Source of the DNA: Nitrososphaerales archaeon
GTDB lineage: Archaea > Thermoproteota > Nitrososphaeria > Nitrososphaerales > Gagatemarchaeaceae
Assembly: GCA_032906705.1 (NCBI GenBank)
Contig: JAJTZC010000001.1
Location: 9,464 to 73,463, forward strand
Length of the DNA stretch: 64,000 bases
Reading direction: 5' to 3'
Both the position numbers and the translations under genes were made by a program. The notes below the pieces were generated by a model. It saw only the letters and a program-made list of their open reading frames with translations. It was not told the DNA's origin and did no database searches. Below, one piece after another: positions 51,364 to 61,150 of this stretch. Numbering within the stretch: the stretch's first letter is position 1; every line of letters starts with the position of its first letter.

Positions 51364-51428
51364 GAATTATTAGCATTCCGCACGCGATTCGCGACGAAGG
51401 TCGACGAGGCGCCAGAGGCCGGAAATCG

Positions 51429-51460
51429 TTTTATACCAATTTTATGCACGTATAAATTGG
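51429..51460 (+). promoter_or_regulatory. TATA-like TTTTATA (51429-51435) plus inverted repeat CCAATTT-N11-AAATTGG (51436-51460) upstream of ino1
   Basis: Read directly. The TATA box is about 28 nt upstream of ATG 51463. The inverted repeat fills the TATA-to-start interval. Confidence 0.35.
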
Positions 51461-51462
51461 TC

Positions 51463-52524
51463 ATGGCAAAGATCAAGGTGGCGATAGCGGGAGTCGGTAA
51501 CTGCGCCTCCGCAATCGTCCAGGGCATACAGCATTATTCGCAACACGGTGAGGACGACGGACTGACATACTGGAAGGTCGGCGAGTACACCCCCGATGAC
51601 ATCGAGTTTGTCGCAGCGTTCGACGTCTCCTCGCGGAAGGTCGGAAAGGACCTTTCTCAGGCGATCTTCCAGCCCCCCAACAATACTCTGAAGATTGCGG
51701 AGGTGCCGAAGCTGGGCGTGGAGGTGAAGAAGGGGCCACTCTTGGATGGACTCGGCAAGTACCTGAAGGACGTCGTGCCGGTCTCTCCGATGGAAGCGGG
51801 CGACGTCGTGGAGGAACTGGAACGCTCAGGGGCGGAGATTCTGGTCAACTACCTTCCGGTTGGCAGCACGCGGGCGTCCCACCACTACGCGGAATCGGCG
51901 CTCAAGGGGGGGCTCGCCTTCGTCAACGCAATCCCGGTCTTCATAGCTTCCGACCCTACGTGGGCGGCGAGGTTCGCCCAAGCAGGGCTGCCAGTAGCGG
52001 GCGACGACGTGATGAGCCAGCTGGGTGCCACCGTGCTCCACAAGACACTGGTCAAGCTCGCCGTCGACAGGGGCGTCAAGGTGGACGAGACATACCAGCT
52101 GAACATAGGAGGGGACACTGACTTCCTGAACATGCTCGAAGAGAGCAGGCTGAGGGACAAGAGGGAGAGCAAGACAAGCGCGGTCAGGGCAATGTCCCCC
52201 TACGAGGTGCCGACGAGAATCGGTCCCAGCGACTACGTACCATTCCTGAACAACGACAAGGTCTGCTACATCTGGCTGAAGGGAACGTACTTCGGCGGGA
52301 CCCCTGTGAAGGTTGACGTCAAGTTGCACGTGGTCGACGCCTACGACAGCGGCGGCGTGATGGTCGACGCAATCAGGGGAGCCAAGATCGCGCTTGACAG
52401 GGGCGTCGGAGGCGAGCTCTCGAGCTTGTCGGCGTTCTGCTTCAAGCACCCGCCCAGCCAGATGCCCTATCCCGAGGCGAAGGCCGCGTTCGAAGAATTC
52501 ACTTCTGGGAAGCGGGAGCGGTAG
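51463..52524 (+). CDS. ino1: myo-inositol-1-phosphate synthase
   Basis: Near-collinear with actinobacterial/archaeal Ino1: KVAIAGVGNCASAIVQG, FVAAFDV...KVGKDLS, LVNYLPVGS, FVNAIPVFIASDP, GDDVMSQLGAT, LNIGGDTDFLNMLE. Confidence 0.9.
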   Translation: MAKIKVAIAGVGNCASAIVQGIQHYSQHGEDDGLTYWKVGEYTPDDIEFVAAFDVSSRKVGKDLSQAIFQPPNNTLKIAEVPKLGVEVKKGPLLDGLGKYLKDVVPVSPMEAGDVVEELERSGAEILVNYLPVGSTRASHHYAESALKGGLAFVNAIPVFIASDPTWAARFAQAGLPVAGDDVMSQLGATVLHKTLVKLAVDRGVKVDETYQLNIGGDTDFLNMLEESRLRDKRESKTSAVRAMSPYEVPTRIGPSDYVPFLNNDKVCYIWLKGTYFGGTPVKVDVKLHVVDAYDSGGVMVDAIRGAKIALDRGVGGELSSLSAFCFKHPPSQMPYPEAKAAFEEFTSGKRER

Positions 52525-55240
52525 GTCGCGACATCCTCCTGGCCTCGTAGGCCACCACCAGGAGGGCGAGCAATGCGACGGCTGTCGGAATCACGTACCT
52601 CGAGGCCACATCTTCGCCAATTGCTATCCCCGCTGGGGGGAGCTTGCCGTTCAGAGTTTGGCCGGCGTAGCTGAAGGTTAGCTTGCCCGCGCTGAATGGT
52701 ATAGTCTCGCCCGAGCTTGCACTGGCCGTGGCCTGCGCCGTGTAGGACGCTCCCGCCGCTAGCTGCCCGAGAGCGATGCTGAGGCCGCCCTTTGCAATCG
52801 TGGCATTGGACACGTCAGAGACACTGATCCCGCCGGGGATGGGCAGAACCAGCTGGACTCCCGTGACGCCGACAGTCGCCGGATTGGTTATCTTGACGCT
52901 TATCGTGAACTTCGCTCCTTCGGTCGGGGAGGCAGGAGAGGATGTGATGCTCGCGGCGAGTGCCCTATTCAGCTGCACCCCCGAGCTCTGGGTCGAAAGG
53001 CTGAACCTAGTCCCGCCCATGAAGAAACTCGAGGTGACCGCCGTGGGGGCCGTTGTGCCTGACGCAGCCCCCATCACGACGCCGTAGGAGAAGGTGACGT
53101 TGGCGCCAGAGGCGAGGCTCTGCGTTGCCTTCGAGGTTGGTGCGCTGCCAGAGAGGCTGTCGAAACTGTCGGCACCGGTGCTGACCGTCGCATTGTAGAG
53201 GACGAACGGTCCGGCATTCTGCGCGGAGACCGCGACCTGGGAGGTCATCCCCTGGAAGAGTTCGGACGGGCTGTACTTTTTCGCCACCGACAGGCCCGCG
53301 GGGGCGGGCTGGGCGTTTGAGTAGCCCGTGAGGTTGTAGCCCGAGGAGAGCATGCTGAAGGAAGCGGGCCAGAAGATGAAGTTCGAGGGTTGGGTGACAT
53401 TGAACTTGACGCTTGCCGATTCCTTGGCAGATGGTTTCACGCTCTGATACGAGAGCGTGAGCAGCCTTCCGTTGCATGTCAGATTGGAGCTGACTGAGCC
53501 GCATGGGAGTGTAGTTGGCAGGAGGGCTCGAGAGACGAAGGAGGTGACGTTTGCAGTGCCCCGGTTGGCGAAATCCATGCTAAGGGAGAGAGAGAATCCA
53601 CTCCCCCCCGACAGCTGAGAAAGGGTCGCGTTCAGGGCCAGGTAACCGAAGCCGATCTTCATCCCTGCATGAGAGAACACCACGGAAAGGGAGTTGGTGC
53701 TGAGGCTCAAGGACCGGCCCTCGGGGGTGGCGTAGGAAACTGCGTAGCTCCTCGTCACATTCACATCTGCCAGAGACGGGGCAGTGGCATAGAGAGAGAC
53801 TGTGGCAGAGCCGCCATCAGCCGACAGGCCGCCGACGATGTGGCCACCGACTTTGACGGAGTTCGCGGCTCGTGTCCCCACGTTCTTCAGGGAGACCTTG
53901 AGTGACTGGTTGGAGCCTACGGGGCCGCCCAGGCTGGCAGAGGGTGAGAGGTAGGCGTAGACAACCGGCTCGTCGAGCCCGAGAGAGATGGACATCGTGT
54001 TGAGGCTCGTGTGACCGAGGATGGTCGCTCCACCGGCTGAGAAGGTGTATGAGACGCCGGTCCCGGGCAGCGCGAGCTGCTGGGTGGCCGTCCCGTTGTA
54101 CTGTAGCACGTAGGTGGGTGACGTGGACTGGCCGGACCCCAGGCTCGGAACAGAGACGTCGGACGACCCCCTAACGAGCTTGAAGAAACCCGTGCTCCTC
54201 CACCAGTCGTCTGAGAGGGTGATGCCAGAGAGCGCGGTGGAGTTCGACAGGTTGGTCAGGGATATTGTGACTGACATGTTGGACCCGGTCCTGAGCACCC
54301 CGACGTCGACGAGCCGGGTAGCCAGCAGCTGAGCAGGCTGCTGAATCACTGTCGCATTCACCCTGTTGAGCTTTGTTCCCTGCTTCAAGGTCAGCGTGTA
54401 CGTGGAGCTGAACCTTGCCCGGTCGTTGGTCAGGGTGGCAGCGTCGGCGGATGTGACTATGCCGTCGAGGAAATGGAATTCAATCATGGAGGACGAACTC
54501 TTGTTGGAGGCCTGCAGCGAGGCGACGGCTTGGCCAAAGTAGTTGAGGAGGCTCGGCCGCGAGGTGGAGTCCAGTCCGCTGGATGTGATGGAGCCGATGG
54601 TCAATTCGTGCGAAAAACCCCCCTGCTGTCTCTGCCCAGAGAGGGTCACGATGGGCGAATCCAGGGTGATGAACTTGGCCTCCGTTATCGGCGCGAGGAA
54701 TCCTGCGTTGCCCAGAGGGAGCAGCCTGAGGAGCGTCGGTGGCATGACTGACGAGAAGGAGATGGGAGCGAAGAAGACGTATCGGTCGCTGGCGTTGGAC
54801 GTCGACTTGAATGAAGTTACCAAATAGGACGCGAATTGAGCTGCGGCCGCGCTTGCGGCGGAGAAGGAGGTGGCGCCGACTGTAAGGAAGGCGCCTTGCG
54901 GCGGGACGAACGGGACGGGTAGGACACCGTAGCCCTGGGGCCCGAACGTTTGGAAATCCGAGACCCAAGACGTCGTCTTTATCGCGGTTAGGTTGTACGA
55001 GTTCAACCCGGGGGTCGACTCGGCGGAGGCGACGTGCGAATTCGAGACGTTGACGCCTCCCAGCTGGATGAACCAGAGCGCGTCCGTCCCCGCTACGTAG
55101 GCGTCGATCCTCTCGGTGTATCCAGTCTGCGCGTGGATTTGAGGCGGGACGAGGGGGAGAAGCGCCATCGACAGCGCGATGACAAGAGCGAGGAGCTTCG
55201 CAAGCTTCAACTGAGAGTCGGAGGCCCGACCAGAATTCAC
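52499..55240 (-). CDS. second large cell-surface glycoprotein (signal peptide, C-terminal TM anchor)
   Basis: 913 aa. N-terminus is LKLAKLLALVIALSMALLPLVPPQIHA; C-terminus is ...VIPTAVALLALLVVAYEARRMSRP. About 19 N-x-S/T sequons. Ser/Thr/Ala-rich. Confidence 0.8.
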   Translation of the reverse strand: MNSGRASDSQLKLAKLLALVIALSMALLPLVPPQIHAQTGYTERIDAYVAGTDALWFIQLGGVNVSNSHVASAESTPGLNSYNLTAIKTTSWVSDFQTFGPQGYGVLPVPFVPPQGAFLTVGATSFSAASAAAAQFASYLVTSFKSTSNASDRYVFFAPISFSSVMPPTLLRLLPLGNAGFLAPITEAKFITLDSPIVTLSGQRQQGGFSHELTIGSITSSGLDSTSRPSLLNYFGQAVASLQASNKSSSSMIEFHFLDGIVTSADAATLTNDRARFSSTYTLTLKQGTKLNRVNATVIQQPAQLLATRLVDVGVLRTGSNMSVTISLTNLSNSTALSGITLSDDWWRSTGFFKLVRGSSDVSVPSLGSGQSTSPTYVLQYNGTATQQLALPGTGVSYTFSAGGATILGHTSLNTMSISLGLDEPVVYAYLSPSASLGGPVGSNQSLKVSLKNVGTRAANSVKVGGHIVGGLSADGGSATVSLYATAPSLADVNVTRSYAVSYATPEGRSLSLSTNSLSVVFSHAGMKIGFGYLALNATLSQLSGGSGFSLSLSMDFANRGTANVTSFVSRALLPTTLPCGSVSSNLTCNGRLLTLSYQSVKPSAKESASVKFNVTQPSNFIFWPASFSMLSSGYNLTGYSNAQPAPAGLSVAKKYSPSELFQGMTSQVAVSAQNAGPFVLYNATVSTGADSFDSLSGSAPTSKATQSLASGANVTFSYGVVMGAASGTTAPTAVTSSFFMGGTRFSLSTQSSGVQLNRALAASITSSPASPTEGAKFTISVKITNPATVGVTGVQLVLPIPGGISVSDVSNATIAKGGLSIALGQLAAGASYTAQATASASSGETIPFSAGKLTFSYAGQTLNGKLPPAGIAIGEDVASRYVIPTAVALLALLVVAYEARRMSRPTAPASQK

Positions 55241-55259
55241 TATAAAACCGTTGATTCGG

Positions 55260-56258
55260 CTATCGCTTTCTTATTGATTCTTCAGGTGGGTCGTCGACGC
55301 CCTTTTCGTCCAGCATGAAGACCGCGTCTCGCTCAGGGTGGTACGGGCTGTCCACCATTCTGGCGATCCTGTTCTTGGCTGCCTTCCTGAGATAGATTCT
55401 GTATGTGCTCGTGTGCGCAACTACGTGGCCCCCTGTCGGCCTCGTCGGGTCGCCGAAGAATGAGTCCGGCGCCGATTGGACCTGGTTGGTCACCACAACG
55501 GCGACGTTGTAAACTTCCGCTGTCCTGATTAGGAGATGCATGAACCTGTTCAGCCTCTGCTGCCTTTCGGCCAGCGTGCCCCTTCCCACATATTCGGCCC
55601 TGTAGTGGGCCACGGCGCTGTCGAGGACGAGGAGTTTCACTTTGTTCGCTTCGATGACCTTCCCCAGGTCCCTCACTATCAGCTCCTGGTGGGCGCTGTT
55701 GTAGGCCCTCGCCACGGTGATCCTGCTCAGGATTTCTTCTGGCTTCAGGTCCCTTGCCTCTGCGATCTCGGAGATTCTTTCGGGCCTGAAGGTCCCTTCC
55801 GTGTCTATGTAGATTGCGGCGCCGTCGAGCCCCCCTTGGTCGTGGGGCTGCTGGACCATTACGCTGAGGGTGTGGCAGATCTGCGATTTCCCGGAGCCAA
55901 ACTCCCCGAAGAACTCCGTCATTGCCCACGTCTCTATGCCCCCTCCGAGCAGGTCGTCCAGGTTCTTGGAACCTGTCGAGATCCTGTCGATTGCAAGCCT
56001 CTTCTTCATGAGGTCCGAGGCTGAGATGAAGTCAGGCTCGAGCCTACCCAGCTCGACGAGCTTCTTCCTCGCCTTGTTGTTCAGCTCCACAGCCTTTGAA
56101 ACGTCGATGTCAACAGCGTCGGCGATGTCCATCGGCCCGGCGGTCGCGAGGTCCAGGACGCTGTAGATCCCGGCATCGTTCAGCTTCTGCTTCGTCGCGG
56201 GGCCGACGCCAGGGAGTCCGGTGAGTTCGAGATTCTTCTCGACCTCAGTTTCAGTCAA
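55260..56258 (-). CDS. radA: DNA repair and recombination protein RadA
   Basis: HhH N-domain (LTGLPGVGPATKQKLNDAGI), Walker A GEFGSGKSQ, and YIDTEGTFRPERI. Confidence 0.95.
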   Translation of the reverse strand: MTETEVEKNLELTGLPGVGPATKQKLNDAGIYSVLDLATAGPMDIADAVDIDVSKAVELNNKARKKLVELGRLEPDFISASDLMKKRLAIDRISTGSKNLDDLLGGGIETWAMTEFFGEFGSGKSQICHTLSVMVQQPHDQGGLDGAAIYIDTEGTFRPERISEIAEARDLKPEEILSRITVARAYNSAHQELIVRDLGKVIEANKVKLLVLDSAVAHYRAEYVGRGTLAERQQRLNRFMHLLIRTAEVYNVAVVVTNQVQSAPDSFFGDPTRPTGGHVVAHTSTYRIYLRKAAKNRIARMVDSPYHPERDAVFMLDEKGVDDPPEESIRKR

Positions 56259-56295
56259 CAGTTCACCGACCCGCTCTCACCTAATTAAGTGTGAG

Positions 56296-57621
56296 CTAGG
56301 GGGAGATCCGTGAAACTGTTCTGGGGAAGAGGCTCGCAGACCTGATGTGCCTGAGCCCGGCGATCCAACGCGTCGTCCGCTCGACTCCTATGCCGAAGCC
56401 TGAGTGGGGAGGCATTCCGTACTTCCTGAGCTCAAGATACCATGAGAACGACTCTGTGGGGAGGTCCTGGCTCGCAATTCTTGCCATGAGGTCCCTATGG
56501 TCATGAATCCTTTGCCCCCCTGTCGCAAGCTCTCCGATGCCCTCGGGGGCGATGAGGTCGGCAGACTTCGTCACCTTCGGCCTGTCAGAGTAGGTCATGT
56601 GGTAGAAGGCCCGCGCTGCAAGGGGGTAGTCCGTAATGAAGAAGGGGGAATCCTCCGTCATGCTGACGGCCCTTTCGGCCTCTGTGGGGATGTCTTCGCC
56701 CCATTCGAACGGAAAGCCTGCTTTGGCGGCTACCGTCCTCGCCTCGTCGTACGTGATCCTGGGGAGCGGGAGAGTGGGTTCCTTGATCTTCCTTCCGAGC
56801 GTCTTGAGCTCATCCTGGCGTCTCTCGACGACCCGCCTCACCATTGCCGCGAGCAGTTCCTCCTGGACCCTCATATTCTGCGGCTGGTCCACAAAGGCTT
56901 GTTCCGCCTCGATCATCCAGAATTCCGTTAGGTGCTTCGGCGTCTTCGACTTTTCGGCCCTAAAGGCGGGCTGGAATATCCACACCTTCTGGAGCGCGGC
57001 GAGGGACGCCTCCTCGTAGAACTGGGCGCTCTGGCTCAAGTATGCCTTCTTCCCGTAGTAGTCGACGCCAAAGAGCGTCGACCCGCCCTCCACTGCCGCC
57101 TGCACGAAGGTCGGCGCGCTGATGAGGCAGAAACCGTTCTTGGTGAAGTATTCGAAAGCGGCGCCGATTACGTCGGCCCTGATCTTCATCGCGGCTATGG
57201 CCTTCGGCCCCCTGATGCTGAGGTGCCGCTTGTCGAACAGGAAGGAGGCCGACTTGACCGCCGTCTTCGTGATGGGCCAGCTCTCCGAGAGCGAGACGAC
57301 TTCGAACTCCTTGACGGTTATCTCCTTGCCCCCGGGGGCGCGAGGGTCTTCCTTGACGTCGCCCTTGACCGTCACCGCTGACTCCTTTGTCGCTGACTTT
57401 GCTGCCTGGAATGCTCGATCGGACGCGACTCCTTTCCTGGCCGAGACTTGGACGTAACCTGTGCCATCCCGCAGCAGGATGAACACCAATCCCCCGACCG
57501 TGTGCCTCCTCGCGACCCAGCCGTTCAGTTCGACCGCCGGGTTGGCAACGCCGCGAGTGACCTGGGCTGCGGTGGTCGGAGCGAACTTATCGTCCTTCAC
57601 GGTCTCCACCCGCGACCACAC
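56296..57621 (-). CDS. asnS: asparaginyl-tRNA synthetase (class IIb)
   Basis: QPAFRAEKSKTPKHLTEFWMIEAEQAF (AsnRS-type motif 2 region), an OB anticodon-binding N-domain, and GFGIGVERT...FPR. AspRS cannot be fully excluded without alignment. Confidence 0.75.
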   Translation of the reverse strand: MWSRVETVKDDKFAPTTAAQVTRGVANPAVELNGWVARRHTVGGLVFILLRDGTGYVQVSARKGVASDRAFQAAKSATKESAVTVKGDVKEDPRAPGGKEITVKEFEVVSLSESWPITKTAVKSASFLFDKRHLSIRGPKAIAAMKIRADVIGAAFEYFTKNGFCLISAPTFVQAAVEGGSTLFGVDYYGKKAYLSQSAQFYEEASLAALQKVWIFQPAFRAEKSKTPKHLTEFWMIEAEQAFVDQPQNMRVQEELLAAMVRRVVERRQDELKTLGRKIKEPTLPLPRITYDEARTVAAKAGFPFEWGEDIPTEAERAVSMTEDSPFFITDYPLAARAFYHMTYSDRPKVTKSADLIAPEGIGELATGGQRIHDHRDLMARIASQDLPTESFSWYLELRKYGMPPHSGFGIGVERTTRWIAGLRHIRSASLFPRTVSRISP

Positions 57622-57716
57622 GGGCTAAAAGTGTGATGCGGCTCATCTTGGTTGGCTCACCTGAGAAGCGGGCTCTACGCGAGAGAGAGAGCGCCCCCGC
57701 CGAGTAGTCCTCCTCT

Positions 57717-58865
57717 TCAGGTCCGGACGGAAGAGACCAGACTCGTTATTGTCCTCTTTGCGTCGTAGTTTCTGGCGATCTTCCCGAGGCGCGCGGCACG
57801 CGAGGGGTAGGGTTCCCTACTCAGCGCTTCCACAGCTCGCCTGAATGACTCGACGTTCAGACTCTCCTGTTTGACCGTGATCGACACGCCAAGCTTGGCC
57901 GCCTTCGCCGCGTTGCCCTCCTGTTCTGATTGGTTCGTGATCGGCACAAGGAGAGAGGGCTTTGAGGCTGTGATAGCCCTAGCAATCGTGCCATGTCCCG
58001 CCCGCGATACTACGATGTTGCAATGGTCGAAGTAGGCTTGCGACACGCCGCACCAGCCGTAGGCCCAGCCCCCTTTGATCCGGACCGGCACCCTGCTCGC
58101 ATTTGGATCTCCTTCCGTCACTACGAAGGCGTAGACGCCAGCCAGGGCCGAAGCAATCGCTTTTGCAGCCCTGATGAAGGGGCCCCTGGTCTGAGGGGGG
58201 CCGGAGACCTGCCAGAAGACCTTGGGACGAGGCTCAGCTTTGAATGCAGAGGAGACAGCGTCGTTTCCTCCTCCCTCCGAACCAGTCAGGAACCCGATGT
58301 ACCGGACACTCTTCACCTTCCCAGCCCACAGGCTCGATTCACTGATTGTGTATGGCGGCGGGAGGTCAGGGAGCAGAATCGCCTCGCTCATCTCCCATAT
58401 CTTCGCCACGCCCGCAGAGGTGCCACCGGAGAGGAGCGACACTCCGACCCCGGCGTTCGAGGTCCGGGCGTTCAGGTTCAGCTGGTTGAGTATCGTGTAC
58501 ACCCTAAGCTTCAGGCTTCGTGCGGCGAAAACGGTCGAGATGGCTGAGTCGCTGAGGACGAGGTCAGGCTGGAAACCCTTCAGGTTTCCCACCTCGAGGT
58601 AGACCTGCCTGTAGGTCCGCGCAAGAATCTTGGGTGATTCGGCCATTGTCGCTCTAAGCGACATCTCTCCGTTCTCTCCGTACTGAACGTCCGCGAGCGG
58701 GAGTCTGTTGCACTTGTAACCGCGCCTCTCGACGAAATCGACGACCTCTCCCGAACTTGAGAATCTGACCTGCACGCCACTTGTCCGCAGGAGGTCTGCA
58801 ATCTCGAGCATGCGGGTCGCATGGCCCAGTCCGGACCCGAAGCACCCGATGTACACGCGCTTCAA
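57717..58865 (-). CDS. GT-B glycosyltransferase (GT1/GT28, MJ1255-like)
   Basis: N-terminus YIGCFGSGLGHATRMLEIADLL and C-terminus SRAGHGTIARAI...EQEGNA. Confidence 0.7.
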   Translation of the reverse strand: MKRVYIGCFGSGLGHATRMLEIADLLRTSGVQVRFSSSGEVVDFVERRGYKCNRLPLADVQYGENGEMSLRATMAESPKILARTYRQVYLEVGNLKGFQPDLVLSDSAISTVFAARSLKLRVYTILNQLNLNARTSNAGVGVSLLSGGTSAGVAKIWEMSEAILLPDLPPPYTISESSLWAGKVKSVRYIGFLTGSEGGGNDAVSSAFKAEPRPKVFWQVSGPPQTRGPFIRAAKAIASALAGVYAFVVTEGDPNASRVPVRIKGGWAYGWCGVSQAYFDHCNIVVSRAGHGTIARAITASKPSLLVPITNQSEQEGNAAKAAKLGVSITVKQESLNVESFRRAVEALSREPYPSRAARLGKIARNYDAKRTITSLVSSVRT

Positions 58866-58875
58866 ATGGACACGC

Positions 58876-59490
58876 TCACAACTCGACTCGCGCGGCGTCG
58901 CCCCCGGGGGTCCGCTCGGCGAAGATGTCAGCGCCGAAGGTCTGCACGGTGGTAGACTCGTCGAGCCACGAATCGGGGGTGAGTCCGGCCTTCATGCACG
59001 CCTGTGACAGGAACTCCTCGGCGCCCATTCCGTGCTCGACCGCGACCTGGGGCAGAAGTATTCCGCTCGTGAAGCTCGTAGAAATGATCAGCCCGTCCTC
59101 ACCAATCTTGACCTTTGAGGGGAGATCCTGCCTTCGCCGAACCTCGACCGGCACTGGGACCGTGAGGATGCTAACCTCGACAACGATTGAGCTGAGCTCC
59201 CCGCTCTGGACGGGGGGGAAACGCGGGTCCTCTGAAGCCGCGGCTATGGTTGCCTCCTGGACGGCTATGCCGAGAGGCTTCGTTGGGTGAGGGAATCCGA
59301 TGCAGCCTCTGAGGCTGCGCTCCCGCCCCTCCAGGAGGCTCAAGGTCACGAATACGCCCCTCTTCTCCGCCAAGTATTCATTCTGCATAGTCGTGGGACC
59401 GCGCTCCCGCCTCAGCACAAAGGAGTCCAGCGTGGACCTCGCCAACTGGACAAGAGCCTTCCCCTGCTCTGCTGATAGATGCAAGCCCAA
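58876..59490 (-). CDS. AMMECR1-domain protein
   Basis: GVFVTLSL...LRGCIGFPHP...AASEDPRFPPV signature. Confidence 0.85.
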   Translation of the reverse strand: MGLHLSAEQGKALVQLARSTLDSFVLRRERGPTTMQNEYLAEKRGVFVTLSLLEGRERSLRGCIGFPHPTKPLGIAVQEATIAAASEDPRFPPVQSGELSSIVVEVSILTVPVPVEVRRRQDLPSKVKIGEDGLIISTSFTSGILLPQVAVEHGMGAEEFLSQACMKAGLTPDSWLDESTTVQTFGADIFAERTPGGDAARVEL

Positions 59491-59500
59491 ATCGCCCGTC

Positions 59501-59995
59501 TTAGCGCCGGTTCTCGAAGAGGCGCTCCAGCCTCCTTAACTTTTTCCAGTGGCTCCCCCTCCAGTAGACCTTGCCGCAGTCCTCGCAACGGAGGAACGTC
59601 CTGTGCCTCCTTACGACCGCTGCAGGTAGAGTCTCCACGGCCGCACTCTTCGGGATCGGGGTGAGCCTTCCGTTGCAAACGGAGCACAGCGATTCTCCTT
59701 TGCGAAGGGCCAGCCCCCTCTGCCGTGCGCCCGCAATCATCGCCGTGATCCTGCTGCCGTCCGTGCTCCCGGAGACCAGGAGGACTCCTAGCCCGGCCCT
59801 CTCGGCCCGGATTGACAGGAGGCGGTCGGCTGTGACTAGGATCCTCCGCTGGCGCCTGCACAACCCCAGGAGGTCCGCATCTTGCCCGCCGTTGTAATAG
59901 ATCGTGTCGAATCCGAAGGAGCGCAGCTTCCTGGCCAGGGAACCGAGCATAGCATCCACGGCGAGCCTGGTCGGGCTCGCTCCAAGCCGAGACAA
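59501..59995 (-). CDS. Mut7-C/DUF82 PIN-like RNase domain protein with C-terminal zinc ribbon
   Basis: LAVDAMLGSLARKLRSFGFDTIY and C-terminal CSVCNG...CEDCGKVYWRGSHW. Start set at TTG 59995, after AAGGAGG and downstream of the tyrS stop. Confidence 0.7.
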   Translation of the reverse strand: MSRLGASPTRLAVDAMLGSLARKLRSFGFDTIYYNGGQDADLLGLCRRQRRILVTADRLLSIRAERAGLGVLLVSGSTDGSRITAMIAGARQRGLALRKGESLCSVCNGRLTPIPKSAAVETLPAAVVRRHRTFLRCEDCGKVYWRGSHWKKLRRLERLFENRR

Positions 59996-60017
59996 GATCC
60001 TCCTTGACTCGGCGGAA

Positions 60018-61106
60018 CTACCGGGTGACCTCTGCAGCCTTGACGGCCTCGTAGAGCCGTCTTGCTGACGGGTCCTTTTCAAAGTGGGTGCGAATCGGAG
60101 CGACGACCTCGTCAAGGGCCGTTGCCACGCCTTTCTTCAGGTCGGCGGGATGGAGCGCACCGTTCCTGTACGCATCCTCGAGCTCACCGTAGGAGGCGAA
60201 CTCCACGTCGCCACCGTATTTTGCGGGCCGCTCGACTTTCAGCCCCTTCATCTTCCTGAAAACGATGTACTTCGAGTACTCGAGCACAGGATTCCCCTTC
60301 ACGACCTTCTGGGGGCAGTAGGCGTCCCCGAGCTTCTTCGCGATCGCCTCCCTGCTGTCATGGACGAAGATCGAAGTCTCTGGCCTGCTCTTGCTCATCT
60401 TGCTCGCGATCTCCTTGTCTATCGACGGGTCTTCGTCGAACCCCTCGGGTTCCCTTGCCCCCTTGAGTCCCATGAGCATGTGGTGGTGGACGGCAACCGG
60501 CCTCTTCCAATGCAGCTTCTCCGAGACCTCTCTCGCGAGGATGTTAGCACGCCTCTGGTCCAGACCAAGCTGGCAGATGTCCACGTCGAGCCAGAATATG
60601 TCGGCCACCTGCATCATCGGATACAAGAGCTGCGAAGTCTGGACGAGGTCCTTGGATGTTCTGCCCATTATGCTTATCGCCCTCCGGCTCCTCGCAAGCG
60701 TGACGTTCTGGGCGACGCGAACTACCTTCTTCCAGTAGTCGTCCCCCTTTACTGCGTCGCTTGTCCAGAGCAACTCAACGTTCGAGACGTCAACTCCTGC
60801 GGCCTTCCAGACCTCGATGAAGTAATCGCCGACCTGGTGGATCTTGTCCAGGTCGCCTCCCATCTTGTTGTTCAGCCAAGCGAACCAGTCTGCAATCCAG
60901 AGCTTGAAATGAACGCCTGCCTTCTGCAGGTCGTTGATGTTTATCGCTCGCAGGACGCCGAATGCTATGTGTGCAAGCCCGCTGGGCTCGAAGCCGTCGT
61001 ATGCGGAAGGGTGGTCGTTCGTCGCGAGCAGGTCGCGAAGCTCCTTCTCGGTGATGATTTCTTCGCCGACCCGTCGCACATGGTCCAGCCTCGTCTCAAG
61101 GTCCAA
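60018..61106 (-). CDS. tyrS: tyrosyl-tRNA synthetase (archaeal type)
   Basis: With TTG at 61106 the N-terminus reads (M)DLETRLDHVRRVGEEIITEKELRDLL..YDGFEPSGLAHI, the typical archaeal TyrRS start. KMSKS motif present. The longest ORF (479 aa) runs through ctaA and was rejected. Confidence 0.9.
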   Translation of the reverse strand: MDLETRLDHVRRVGEEIITEKELRDLLATNDHPSAYDGFEPSGLAHIAFGVLRAININDLQKAGVHFKLWIADWFAWLNNKMGGDLDKIHQVGDYFIEVWKAAGVDVSNVELLWTSDAVKGDDYWKKVVRVAQNVTLARSRRAISIMGRTSKDLVQTSQLLYPMMQVADIFWLDVDICQLGLDQRRANILAREVSEKLHWKRPVAVHHHMLMGLKGAREPEGFDEDPSIDKEIASKMSKSRPETSIFVHDSREAIAKKLGDAYCPQKVVKGNPVLEYSKYIVFRKMKGLKVERPAKYGGDVEFASYGELEDAYRNGALHPADLKKGVATALDEVVAPIRTHFEKDPSARRLYEAVKAAEVTR

Positions 61107-61150
61107 TCTGCGTGCTCGCCCCTCATCCCGACGGATAAAACCGTTCGCGG

